Shown: in pieces, positions 37,617 to 50,755 of the stretch
Layout: every line of letters begins with the position of its first letter
Position numbering within the stretch: the first letter of the stretch is position 1
Source of the DNA: Octopus sinensis
Lineage: Eukaryota
Direction: 5' to 3'
Length of the DNA stretch: 64,000 nucleotides
Assembly (NCBI RefSeq): GCF_006345805.1
Contig: NC_043018.1
Location: 19,840,001 to 19,904,000 of the forward strand
Program-made: the position numbers and the translations under genes
The notes under the pieces: model-generated
Database searches by the model: none
What the model saw: only the letters and a program-made list of their open reading frames with translations
Told to the model about the DNA's origin: nothing

Positions 37617-37668
37617 TCTCTTTATATATATATAGGCATATATACATATGTATGTGTACATATTTACA

Positions 37669-37707
<39 letters not shown>

Positions 37708-38592
37708 TATATATATATATATATACACACACACATATATATATATACATATATATATGTAAATATATATATATATTATATATATATATATATATTTATA
37801 AATATATATATATATATATATGTATGTATATATATATATATACATATATATACATACATACATATATATATATATATACATATGAATATATACACACATA
37901 TATATATACACGCACACACACACACACACACATATATATATACACACACACACACATATATACATATATATATATGTGTGTGTGTGTATGTGTATATATA
38001 ATATATATATGCATATGTGGCACAGGATGTCGTGAAACGTGTAAAACAAAAAAATACGAAGTATGAGTACATGGAATATGAACTATTCTTTCGAACAACG
38101 AAAGACACAAATAGAAAATGAGACAAACAACATAAAGAGCGACCCTTCATTAGTTGTTGGCTGCTTTTCTACTCTCGTATTTCGAGCATTTAACAACAAT
38201 ATATGCTTTCAATATCTATCTATATATATATATACACACACGCACATATATAAGGCAGGGGAAACAAGCACCAAGAAACATAAACATACGTGAATATATT
38301 ATCCATCATCATTTAATGGAAAACGGATGTTAAATGATGATTTATATTTGTGTTTGTGTTTCCCCCCTCCCATTGCTTCACACCTGTGTTGGTTTATTTA
38401 TGGTCCTAGAACTTAGCAGTTCAGCAAAAGAGATCAATAGAATAAATACCAGACTTTAAAAACAGAAACAAAAACCAAAAATATTCTTAATTCCTGGGGT
38501 TGATTTGTGCAATTAAGCTCATCAATGTGATGCCCCAGCATGGGCTGCAGCCAAATGACTGAAACAAAGAAACAAAAAGAAAAAAGAAAGAA

Positions 38593-38640
<48 letters not shown>

Positions 38641-39058
38641 AGCTTGTGACAAGTGATTGGCATGTGTTTTGTCAATGATGTAAAGGAACGGCAGACAGCA
38701 TTAAACTGTGTAAGGAACCGAGATTAATTGTTGTTAACAAGATTGTAAGTTTTCAGTTGATTTAACCACATCTGACCGAAACACACTTTGTCCATTCGCT
38801 ATTCCACGTCCACTGCTACTACAGCAGTCTTTTCACTCTTCCTGTTGCATCTTTACGACAAGTGGCTGGCTTTCTTCTGTAGAGTTAAAACAGTTACAAA
38901 CCACTTCAGCCTTTTGTACGGCTGTCATGTGGTTGCTTGCTGCTTGTTGCTTGAATCAGGCCAGTCAGTGATAATGTGTTTCAAACATCTGAGTTGGCAT
39001 TGTCGAAGTGGATGGCTTTATTATCATTGTGGTTAAGGTATTTGGCTCCAAATCATAA

Positions 39059-39725
39059 GAATTTAGGGATGGCCAGAAAAATTGAAAGGAAAAAAATAGA
39101 GGAAGTAGAAGGATGAACTTGAAGGATCAAGCTTGAACCAGTTGAGAGAAAGAAGGATTAAATATTAGGAAGTGGAAATGTTACAGAAAACAAAGAACAG
39201 AGAATTGTGGCAGGACTTGATAGAATCTGCTTTGTGAGATAAGGGCCAAATGACTGAGATATCTTGGTTATACGATGAGGAAAGAGGGCCTGGAGAATTT
39301 AGTGATGTCCAGAAAGATTGAAAGGAGAGTAAATAGGGGAAGGAGAGGGATGAAGTTCAAGGATCAAGCTTGAACCGGTTGGGAGAAAGAAGCATTAAAT
39401 ATTAGAAAGTGGAAATGTTACAGAAGACAAGGAACAGAGAATTGTGGCAGGACTTGATAGAAACTGCTTTGTGAGATAAGGGCCAAATATCTTGGTTATA
39501 TGATGAGGAAAGAGGGCCTGGAGAATTTAGTGATGTCCAGAAAGATTGAAAGGAGAGTAAATAGAGGAAGGAGAGGGATGAAGTTCAAGGTTCAAGCTTG
39601 AACCGGTTGGGAGAAAGAAGCATTAAATATTAGAAAGTGGAAATGTTACAGAAGACAAAGAATAAAGAATTGTGGCAGGACATGATCACCAATGTCCTAC
39701 ATTCTGAATGTGTCACCTAAAAGAA
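39059..39725 (+). pseudogene. RTE-clade LINE 3' end, tandemly triplicated (periods 236 and 228 bp)
   Basis: KYLGYMMRKEGLENLVMSRKIERRVNRGRRGMKFK ... VEMLQKTKNKELWQDMITNVLHSECVT*, then an aagaag tail in the last copy. Confidence 0.8.
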
Positions 39726-40001
39726 GGAAAAAAATATCTATTTCTGTCACTATTTATATTCATAGTTGCTGCAGGACGAGCCATGTGGTTAAAGAGTTTG
39801 TTTTGCAACCAAGTAGTTTCAGGTTTGATCCCAGTGTGGGACACCTTGAGCAAGTATCTTCTGTCATACCCTTTGGTTGTCTGACACCTTGGGAGTGGAA
39901 TTTGGGAGATGGAAACTACGTAGAAGACTTAATCTGTGACCTAGTTTAACATTCTTGCAACAGAACAGACTCTACTAAGGGCATCCAGGGACCACTATAA
40001 C

Positions 40002-40111
40002 CTAGCTCTTGGGTGCCTTTAGCAAAATCCGCTATGTCGGCAGCATTTGTTCTGGGACTTCGGTTTGAGGATAACTTTCTCCTCCTCTCCCTCTGTCTAG
40101 TCTTGAAGCCT
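40002..40111 (-). CDS. Candidate internal coding exon of an unidentified gene (speculative)
   Basis: Non-repetitive and purine-rich, ttttttttcag acceptor, open frame GFKTRQRERRRKLSSNRSPRTNAADIADFAKGTQEL, weak donor AG|GTTATA. No recognised homology. Confidence 0.2.
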
Positions 40112-40865
40112 CTGAAAAAAAATTGCAGGTATTCTCAGTTCCTTTTTTTGATTGAACCCTTAAAAAAAAAAAATGAAAAAAAACGTCAAGCTTAAAACAA
40201 ATTAAAGTTACCCCATCATTTGCGACCGTCAACTTTGAAATGGATTTAAAATGATGACAAATATCTTAGACATGAAGTGTGAAACTGAAGCATGTTTTAG
40301 AATTTGTCTGTGAGAAACCTGCAGATATATTTTTTGCTGTTGTTGTTGTTGTTGCTGTTAACTTTCTCTCTGCACTCACAAGCAATGCTAATTAACTGAC
40401 TGCATCAGCTGGCTTTGGAACTCTGGTTATGTAGTCTAAGAGTTATAATTAATTGAATGGTAGAAGGAAGAAAAATAAAAGAAAACAACAAAAAAAAGCC
40501 TGTTAATCAAAAGAATTGTTTAACTAAAATGAACCGACAGTGTATAATATTCTGATCTATCTAACTTGGTGTAAGTATATTAATGGAATATTACAGTGGC
40601 TGAGAGAAAACTAGTCTTGGAAGTTGGATGGCGGCAGCTATAATAGAGCAACTGATGATGAGGTATTCAAAGTTCTGACAAAGAAAATAGATTCCATTAA
40701 TACCATATTAGACATTAATGCCATTAGAAATTTCCTTTTTTTTTTCTTTCTTTACCTTGATTTCTAACTACACACATACGCTGCCCTGCCCCCGCTTCAA
40801 TTGCATTAGTAATAATCCCCTTCACTACCCCCACCCCCCACTGCTCCACCCCCTTAACTCCTCTT

Positions 40866-41247
40866 GGCTCCGCAATGGCCCAGTGGTTAGGGCTGCGGAC
40901 TCGCGGTCGTAGGATCGCGGTTTCAATGCCCAGACCGGGCGTTGTGAGTGTTTATTGAGCGAAAACACCTAAAAGCTCCACGAGGCTCCGGCAGGGGATG
41001 GTGGTGATCCCTGCTGTACTCTTTCACCACAACTTTCTCTCACTCTTACTTCCTGTTTCTGTTGTACCTGTATTTCAAAGGGCCGGCCTTGTCACTCTCT
41101 GTGTCACGCTGAATATCCCCGAGAACTACGTTAAGGGTGCACGTGTCTGTGGAGTGCTCAGCCACTTACACGTTAATTTCACGAGCAGGCTGTTCCGTTG
41201 ATCGGTTCAACCGGAACCCTCGTCGTCGTAACCGACGGAGTGCTTCC
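40866..41247 (+). mobile_element. SINE family C, full length, 10-bp TSD
   Basis: TSD aactcctctt at 40856-40865 and 41248-41257. Confidence 0.9.
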
Positions 41248-41505
41248 AACTCCTCTTATTTTACTATGCATTCAAAGACGGCAAGCTGGCAGAATTGGTT
41301 AGCACATTGGGCCAAATGCTTGGTGCCTTTTCATCCATTATTTATGTTCTGAGCTCAAATCCTGCCAAAGGACAACTTTGTCTTTCATCCTTGCAGAGTT
41401 GATAAAATAGGGACCAGGTGAGCACCGGGGGAGGGGGGGGGGGGTCGATGTAATTGACTTGTTCCCTCCCACAAAGTTTTAGGCCTTGTGCCTATAGTAG
41501 AAAGG

Positions 41506-41549
<44 letters not shown>

Positions 41550-42257
41550 TATTATCATTATTGTTATTATTATTATTGTTATTATTCTATGTTTGACTTT
41601 TGCTTTATATTTGTACAAGTTGGCTCCAAGTCTCACCCAGAGACCTCAAGAGACAACAGGTTGGAAGTTCATGTTGTTGTTATGCCTAGTGTGCCATATA
41701 TTTGTTTTTTTTTAGTGTTGTACTAGTGAATGTCAAAATAAAAAAAAAACGAAAATTATGTTTGTTTTAAACCCTGAGATTACATAGAAAGTATTTTGCA
41801 TAGGATATTATTATTATTATTTATTATTATTATTATTATATTATTATTATTATTATTAAGGTGGCAAGCTGGTGGAACTGGAAGCATGCTAGGCAAAATG
41901 CTTAGCATCATTTTGTCTGTCTTCATGTTCTGAGTTCAAATTCCACTGTGGTCAACTTTGCCTTTCATCTTTTTGGGGGTCGATAAAATAAGTATGTATG
42001 GTAGGCTTCAAAATAGTTTCCATCTACCAAATTATTTCAGAAAATAACTGGTCGACTCGGAGCTATAACAGTAGAAGACAATTACCTGAGGTGCTGTGCA
42101 GTGGGACTGAACCTGGCACCGTGTTGTTACAAAGAGAGTTTCTTAGCCACACAGCCACGCCTGCACATATTGTTGTCTGCTGTTAAACAGATTGAAACCG
42201 GTGCTGCTTAGCAGAAGAAATGGTTGTGGAAATTACTTATCTCTATCACAAGGACAA

Positions 42258-43045
42258 TCTCTCTCTGTATATAAATGGCAGTTTGTCTGTGTGTGTTTCT
42301 GTGTGTCTGTTAGGTTGTACCCTCACCCTGACCACGGCTTTCAACCGATTCTGATGAAACTTGACACACACATAGCCCAATGTCATAATTCAAAACTAAC
42401 GCAGCGAAAATTTTGAAAAGTTCCCCCAGTTCTGAAAAAAATCGATAAATTCGACATGGGGTTGAGAATCAGAAACACAAACCACAGACTGTCTAGGGGA
42501 CGCAACTCAACCTTTTTAACTAAAAAAAAAATTTACCATCATTTTTTTTTTTTTTTCCATTTTTTGGCTATAACTCTCTAAAAACGCTTTATAGTTATTT
42601 CTCTTACAAACCCTAGCAACGCCGGGCGATACTGCTAGTATTTAATAATTGAAGAGATAAATGAATGCTTTTGTGGCCTTGAAATGGTAAAAGCAGGTCT
42701 GACGTGACAGTCACGAATCTTAAAAACAGATTGATCGTAGCAATCAGGATTCAACCGATTCTGATGAAACTTGACACACACATAGCCCAATGTCATAATT
42801 CAGAACTAACGCAGCGAACATTTTGAAAAGCTCCCCCAGTTCTGAAAAAAATCGATAAATTCGACATGGGGTCGAGAATCAGAAACACAAACCACAGACT
42901 GTCTAGGGGACGCAACTCGACCTTTTTAACTAAAAAAAAAATTTACCATCATTTTTTTTTTTTCCATTTTTTGGCTATAACTCTCTAAAAATGCTTTATA
43001 GTTATTTCTCTTACAAACCCTAGCAACGCCGGGCGATACTGCTAG
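42258..43045 (+). mobile_element. Non-autonomous Helitron, subfamily 2 (42258-42638), plus a tandem partial copy (42751-43045)
   Basis: A|TC start, CTAG|T ends at 42638 and 43045. A 410-bp period duplication includes the 3' flank. Confidence 0.85.
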
Positions 43046-43580
43046 TAATTTAATAATTGAAGAGATAAACGAATGCTTTTGTGGCCTTGAAATGGTAAAA
43101 GCAGGTCTGACATGACAACAATCACGAATCTTAAAAACAGATTGATCGTAGCAATCAGGATTGGATGCAATAAAACAACATCTAAGAATAACGAATTGCC
43201 AAGCTGACTTTTGATTAAGCAGTTCAAATGCTTTATTCGTTTCAATCAAAAACCATCTCAACAAATTCTCCAAGACAGTTCAATGGTTCTGACAAGCAGT
43301 TTTGACATTTTCGCATTTGGCACCCCACAGTCATATCTCATTCACAGATTGCAAGAAATAAATGATGATTTCAGAGTTTAACTGTTGCACATCTGAAAAA
43401 CTGCTTCCAGCTGCTTTCTTGTTTCTTGATTCCATCCGGGTTTCTTTACAGTAATTGCATATATTAATTAGCATTAATTAATTATGTCTGCGAATGGTTG
43501 CGTGGTAAAGAGGTTCAATTCGCGACTGTGTGGTTTGGGGGGTTCAATCCCACTGTTCAGTATCTTGGGCAAGTGTCACT

Positions 43581-43728
43581 TCAATTCAGTTCAATTCAAT
43601 TCAATTTTTATTGGCTCAAAAAACAAAAGCAAGGCCATGTAGGGGGACAGGGAGTTATGTACAGGGAGGGTGGTCATACAAAGAGTTCAGGCCATTTCTG
43701 GTCAAGAGAGACTTTGAACTGAGCGGTC
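43581..43728 (-). mobile_element. CR1-type LINE extreme 3' end
   Basis: Homologous to 600-720, with an (AATTG)n tail. Confidence 0.7.
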
Positions 43729-43836
43729 TACCTTCATTACCCTGGGGCCCCACCACTGCCTTGTGAGAGAATTTAAGAAACTGAAAGGGGCCTTTCATAT
43801 CTCTGTATATGTATGTATGGGTGTACATTTCTGCAT

Positions 43837-44072
43837 AAGGCGGCGAACTGGCAGAAACGTTAGCACGCCGGGCGGAATGCGTAGCCATATTTCGTCTGCC
43901 GTTACGTTCTGAGTTCAAATTCCGCCAAGGTCGACTTTGCCTTTCATCCTTTCGGGATCGATAAATTAAGTACCAGTTACACACTGGGGTCGATGTAATC
44001 GACTTAATCCGTTTGTCTGTCCTCGTTTGTCCCCTCTGTGTTTAGCCCCTTGGGGGTAGTAAAGAAATAGGT
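43837..44072 (+). mobile_element. SINE family B, full length
   Basis: Matches consensus. Confidence 0.9.
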
Positions 44073-44357
44073 ATCTGCATTTGTGTGTGTTTGTATTTCC
44101 TTGTCCAGATGTTGTCTGCAAATTGTAAGCAAACATGCATCATACAAAAAGTGTATATATACACACACATACACATAGCGTTTACTTGTTTTGGTCATTG
44201 GAATGTGCCCACACTGGGGCACCACCTTGAAGGGTTTTAGTTGAACAAATCAAACACAGTACTTCTTTTTTAAGCCTGCTATTGATTCTGTCAGTCTCTT
44301 TAACCAAACTGCTAAGTTACAGGGACATGTGTATGTCTGTAATCACATACATATATG

Positions 44358-44405
<48 letters not shown>

Positions 44406-44900
44406 TGCAAGCATATATTGCCATCAAGGGGAAGGCTCCAAAACGGCATGCATTCTCTCTTGACCCCATAATCTTGCTAGTCTCCAATATATGAAGTTTT
44501 CTATTGGTAGCATCTGCATTTGCAAGTGATACATACATCATCGTCGTCGTCATCATCATCATCATCATCATCATCATTGTTTCACATCCGCTTTCCATGC
44601 TGGCATGGATTGGATGGTTTGACTGAGGACTGGCAGGCCAGGAGGCTGCACCAGGCCCCAACCTGATCTGGCAATGTTTCTACAGCTGGAAGCCCTTCCT
44701 AATGCCAACCACTCCAAGAGTGTAGTGGTGTACTTTTTACATGCCACCAGCACAGGTGCCAGTCAGGTGGCACTGGTGTCGGCCACACTCGAATGGTGCT
44801 TTTTACATGCCACCAGCACAGGTGCCAGTCAGGTGGCACTGGCCTCGGCCACACTCGAACGATGTTTTTTACATGCTTCTGGCACACACACACACACACA

Positions 44901-44933
<33 letters not shown>

Positions 44934-46666
44934 TCACTCACTCACTCTTGCTCCTGCTTGATGGGGTTGTGGTCATCCCAGGTTAATGGTCCTAGAGATG
45001 TCATCATATGTAGAGCTGACCAGGGCGGTGATGCTGGAAGAATCACACACGCACACACACGCACACATGCATACACACACACAAACACACACACACGACT
45101 GATAGTCTTTTCAACCATTTCCACCTACCAAACTCTCCCCCGCAAAATATCGGGCAAGGCAGCTCTGGATTAAGAAGGCCTCATGCACTTGAATCGAAAC
45201 TGGGAACCATTTAGTTGTGAAACAACAAACTTCTGAACCAAACAGTCATACCTGAGTTCTGGGATAATAATTTTCTAACTTTGTGAAATAAATATTCTTC
45301 TGTAGCATAATTGTTGTTTACTGTGATCTGCAAATCTATTTAAATCGGCTCGTATATATGCGGTAAATTAGTTTTCTATCTGCAACTTGTTAACACATTT
45401 CCGACTAAAAATATATTACAAAATGATTTATTGAACATTGGAATTTGGCAAACATAAATAAGTAAATACTAATCTAGATTTGAAAATTCTATTTATTTAT
45501 TTATTTAATTTATATATTTTTCTGTCTTACCATTTCTTATCAAACAAATTCAATTAGAAACAAAATTTATTACCATGTGACACTGAAATATTTCAAATTT
45601 CATAATTAGTTTTGCGTTATTTAAGAAATTTGTGAAATTGAATATGAAGTTTTAGAATAAAAATATCAAAATTAATTCTGTGATTGCGTATATACAATGT
45701 GTGTGTGTGTGTGTGTGTGCATGTTTGCGTCCGTGCACGCACGTGTGTGTGTAAGGATGTATATGTGTATAGAGAAAGTTATCAGAGTTTGGCATAAAAC
45801 TCTGGAATCATTCATTTCAAGATTTCATTCCCATCTGATACATATTCAATTATTTATCGCTATATGATATATATATATATATATATACATATTTATATAT
45901 GTATTATGTGCTGACTTACTTTGGATATTTCAGTTTATTTAGTTATATTTCAGACTATCTGTTCTTCACAGAGATGTAACTAGTTTTGATAATACATCAT
46001 CATCATCATTGTTTAACGTCCGCTTTCCATGCTAGCATGGGTTGGACGGTTCAACTGGGGTCTGGGAAGCCCGAAGGCTGCACCAGGCTCCAGTCTGATC
46101 TGGCAGTGTTTCTACAGCTGGATGCCCTTCCTAACGCCAACCCTAACGCCAATACATATATGATATACACCTCACAAAATACTGGTTATAAACTAAAACA
46201 AATATGAATTGAAATGTACCCCTGTGTGCGTGTGTGTGCATGCAAGGTAAACACATTATCACGGTATCCCTCTCTATTACTGAAAATGGTTCAGCACTTC
46301 TCTCCTTCTCTTTTGCTGGGGCAATTCTCCAGCCAGACTGAAGAAGACACAGTGTTGCAATTATATAAAACCAAGATTAACTTCAATGCATCACAGTCGA
46401 TGATGGTTTAACTGGGTGAAACTTTGAAGTCACTGTCAATAGTTTTCTTGTTTAAGAATAAAGAATTTGTACTCTACAAATCAGATTACTTTGAAATTCA
46501 TTTAATTAGAACTAAACATAAAAACAAACATTAATATATACATGGATAAATAAATATATATATATGGTAATAATAATGATAATAATAATCCGTAGATGGA
46601 ATTTATAAATATCTTAATGCATCGCTAAGCACGTAGCAATACATTAATATATTTATAAATTCCATA

Positions 46667-47064
46667 GGCGCAGGAGTGGCTGTGTGGTAAGTAGCTTGCT
46701 AACCAACCACATGGTTCCGGGTTCAGTCCCACTGCGTAGCATCTTGGGCGAGTGTCTTCTGCTATAGCCCCGGGCCGACCAATGCCTTGTGAGTGGATTT
46801 GGTAGACGGAAACTGAAAGAAGCCTGTCGTGTATATGTATATATATAGAAGTGTGTGTGTCTGTGTTTGTCCCCCCTAGCATTGCTTGACAACCGATGCT
46901 GGTTGTCCCCGTCACTTAGCGGTTCGGCAAAAGAGACCGATAGAATAAGTACTGGGCTTACAAAGAATAAGTCCCGGGGTCGATTTGCTCGACTAAAGGC
47001 GGTGCTCCAGCATGGCCGCAGTCAAATGACTGAAACAAGTAAAAGAGTAAAAGAGAGTAAAGAG
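46667..47064 (+). mobile_element. SINE family A flanked by 103/106-bp direct repeats
   Basis: 46561-46663 matches 47065-47170. Confidence 0.9.
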
Positions 47065-47331
47065 TATATGGTAATAATAATGATAATAATAATAATCCGT
47101 GGTTGGAATTTATAAATATCTTAATGCATCGCTAAGCACGTAGCAATACATTAATATATTTATAAATTCCTTTCAAGGATTATTGTTATTATTGCTATAT
47201 TTATCCTACATTACATTGGCACAACTCGGTGTGACCCCAACAAACTACTATTACCAGGTGGTATCATTAGGCTGTAGGCGGCATAGTAAGATAGAAGCTT
47301 TTACATGCATAGTCAAAAATGTTTCCCTTAA

Positions 47332-47552
47332 CCCTTTAGTGTTCAGATTACTCTGTTAAATATAATACTTTTTCACTCAAATTGTTTTGAATTAATCATG
47401 CATTATCTTATAGCTTTGAGGTTTCAATGATGTGATTATTTACTTTCAGAATGGCATTGTAGGTTAGGAGTGAGAGGCTAGATATCGCCAGTTTGAATAT
47501 AAAACATGTAGAATATTTTGGGCTGGATTTGGCCAGTTTAAACACTAAAGGA
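47332..47552. mobile_element. piggyBac-like MITE
   Basis: TTAA at 47328-47331 and 47553-47556; reverse complement of 4402-4622. Confidence 0.75.
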
Positions 47553-47916
47553 TTAAAGGATGTATATAGGCGTAGGAGTAGCTGTGTGGTAAGTAGCTTG
47601 CTTACCAATCACAAGGTTCCGGGTTCAGTCCCACTGCATAGCACTTTGGGAAAGTGTCTTCTACTATAGCCTTGGGCTGACCAAAGCCTTGTGAGTGGAT
47701 TTGGTAGATGGCAACACTTGCTCAAGGTGCCACACAGTGGGACTAAACCCAGGACCATGTGGTTGGGAAACAAGCTTCTTACCACACAGCCACGCCTGTG
47801 CTTATATATATATATATATATCTAATCTTATTCATTTCATTTCATTTCTCCTCGTATGTAATCAACATTCGTATCTTCGCGCCATCTTGAAGCCTTTCCT
47901 CTCTAATACACATGTG

Positions 47917-47972
<56 letters not shown>

Positions 47973-48859
47973 TACAAGCTGTGAATTTCCGAGCGCGAGC
48001 AAGATAGGTGTTTGAATTGCTATTTTCAATTCTTTACTGACCATTCATAATTTTATCAAAATTCTCTATCTGTCTATCTTATCTAATCTTATTCATTTCA
48101 TTTCATTTCTCCTCGTATGTAATCAACATTCCTATCTTCGTGGTGCACACCCCCTACCCAACCCACCACCAATACCGGATATCTATATTTTTGCTCCATC
48201 TATACCGGATGTCGCTTCTCCCACCGCCATTATAGGTGTCTACTCTTCGAACCCCCCCTCTTCAATACGCTATTTCACCATGCATTACCCCTCTCTCGAT
48301 ATCCTACGTTCTACTTGCCTAGAACCTATCATCATTTCTCTGAACCACCCCTCCCCACTGGTGCTCCCCTATATTTCTGCACCCCTCCCCCACATAAAAA
48401 GCACCATCCGAACGTGGCCGATGCCAGACCCCACTGGCACCTGTGCAGGTGGCACGTAAAAAACACCCACTACACTCGCGGAGTGGTTGGCGTTAGGAAG
48501 GGCATCCAGCTGTAGAAACACTGCCAGACTAGACTGGAGCCTGGGGCAGTCCCGAGCTCCCCAGACCCCGATCGAAACCGTCCAACCCGTGCTAGCGCGG
48601 AAAACGGACGTTAAACGATGATGATGATGATGATGATGATGATTATATATATATATATATATACACATATATATTTATATATATGTAATATATATTTGTA
48701 TATATTTATATATATATATATACTTTTATATATTTAGATATATAAATGTATATATTTATGTATATATATTTATATATATGTATATATTTGTATATATTTA
48801 TATATATGAATATGTTTGTATATACTTATATATATTTATATATATGTATATATTTATAT

Positions 48860-49209
48860 TACGGAGATGTACTTGCATAGCAAGTGACCTGATCTGAGAT
48901 CGTGTGCTGGAATGAAAACAATTGCAGTATGAAACAATTGCACAAAAACCATTAGATTCACTTTAACATTTAAATTTAATTTGCCAAAATATTTTCGTCG
49001 CTTTGAGACCGTGACCTGATCACTGACAAAATTCCGTGCTGCATCACAGAATTTTTCCGTGATGCAGCGCGGAATTTTGTTAGTGAACACGTCGCGGTCT
49101 CAAAGCGCCGAAAATATTTTGGCAAATTAAATTTAAATGTTAAAGTGAATCTAATGGTTTTTGTGTGTTTCTTAAATGGCTTATAAACACCTTCCACGCT
49201 GCAATTGTT
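48860..49209. mobile_element. Foldback (palindromic) element, 107-bp arms
   Basis: 48941-49047 pairs with 49059-49165 around an 11-nt loop. Confidence 0.8.
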
Positions 49210-49324
49210 GTATATATGTATATATATTTATGTATATGTATATATTTATGTATACGTATATATATTTATATATATGTACATATGTATATATATTTATATA
49301 TATGTCCATATTTATGCATATGTA

Positions 49325-49388
<64 letters not shown>

Positions 49389-50513
49389 GGACATAAAACT
49401 TCTGTACAGAGAGAAATACCTTTGGAAAGAATCTTCTATAGAGAAGCTTTTCTGTGGGGACAACATGATGAACACACCATTTTTGTAGAGAACCGTGGAA
49501 CCAAGTTTATATAAAAACTTCTGTCACGAAGACTCTCTGTTGAGAAAACTAGGTGTGAAAAATTGAAGAAATGTTGTTTAGCAGTTAACACCAATGTAAT
49601 TAGTGCAAGGAAGTTAACTTAATTAGCACCACAATAGACAGAAGTGACGGCCTGCAACTGTTTAATTCAATAATTCTGAAACGCAGTGAAATCTGAAAAA
49701 TAACTGCGGTGTTTAACGGTCCATTTTAAAGCCATCAAATTGACATTAATGACTTGTCCGTTTTATCCACATTATTTGCTGAAAACAATACATGGGCGAG
49801 TGACAAGGCCTCTATGTAGTCCGGAGATCTGCTAGAAGTAACAACTGACTCTCCTCAGTCAGTATCACACGCTGCTATTTTAAACAGGAAGGACACATTG
49901 GATGATGTAGTCAAAGTGATGATCATAGATGGATCTTCTCAACCAGACCTAATCCTAACCCTCAACACCACTGCCACAACAACAACAACATCAGTATAAA
50001 CTTCTCTTGTCTTACAGTGAGGAAGTCTCGACCTCGCTGGCTATCTGCTCTGCTAGAAATAATCCTCCAGATTATGGCTGGCCACCTTAAACTGTGGAAG
50101 GACAGATTGGATGAAAAAAATACAAAAATGAAATAGGATGATCATATTTGATTATAGACCTGCTCTGTCAGCATTGGCCCAGGGTTAAATACTCCAATGA
50201 CAAATCACCAGTATAATGACAACAGTTTGAATACATTTATACACATACACACAATGCATACACACACATATGCACACACATATGCACACACATACACAAA
50301 CACATATGTACATGCATTCACATACACCTATGTACACATATATACACATACACACACATATACACATATACACACACACAATACAAAAGTAACAGCAAGT
50401 GGCTTAGTGGTGGTTAGGATCTTCTGTTTACGGTTGTAAGATCATGGGTTCAATTTCCAGGGGTTACTGTGTCCTTGAGCAAGCCACTTCATTTCACTTT
50501 GCCACAGTACACA

Positions 50514-50755
50514 AGGAAATGAAAACTGTAGTGAAGAAGTGGCTCGAAGAACAGTCAACAGAATATTACGGGGCAGGGATACATGCTCTCATTCGAAGGT
50601 GGAACATTGCTATTGAGAGAAACGGTGACTATGTTGAGAAGGAGGGATGTGATCCACAGAGGACCAGCTTCATTTTGATGCATGATACATGTTCCTGTGT
50701 TGGTAATTATACCTGTCCTAAACAATATGGCATTAGTTTTTGACTCACCCTCATA
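50514..50755 (+). pseudogene. Mariner transposase C-terminus and 3' TIR
   Basis: EMKTVVKKWLEEQSTEYYGAGIHALIRRWNIAIERNGDYVEK (GIxxLxxRW...GDYVEK motif), then tttttgactcaccctc-aTA. Confidence 0.85.
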
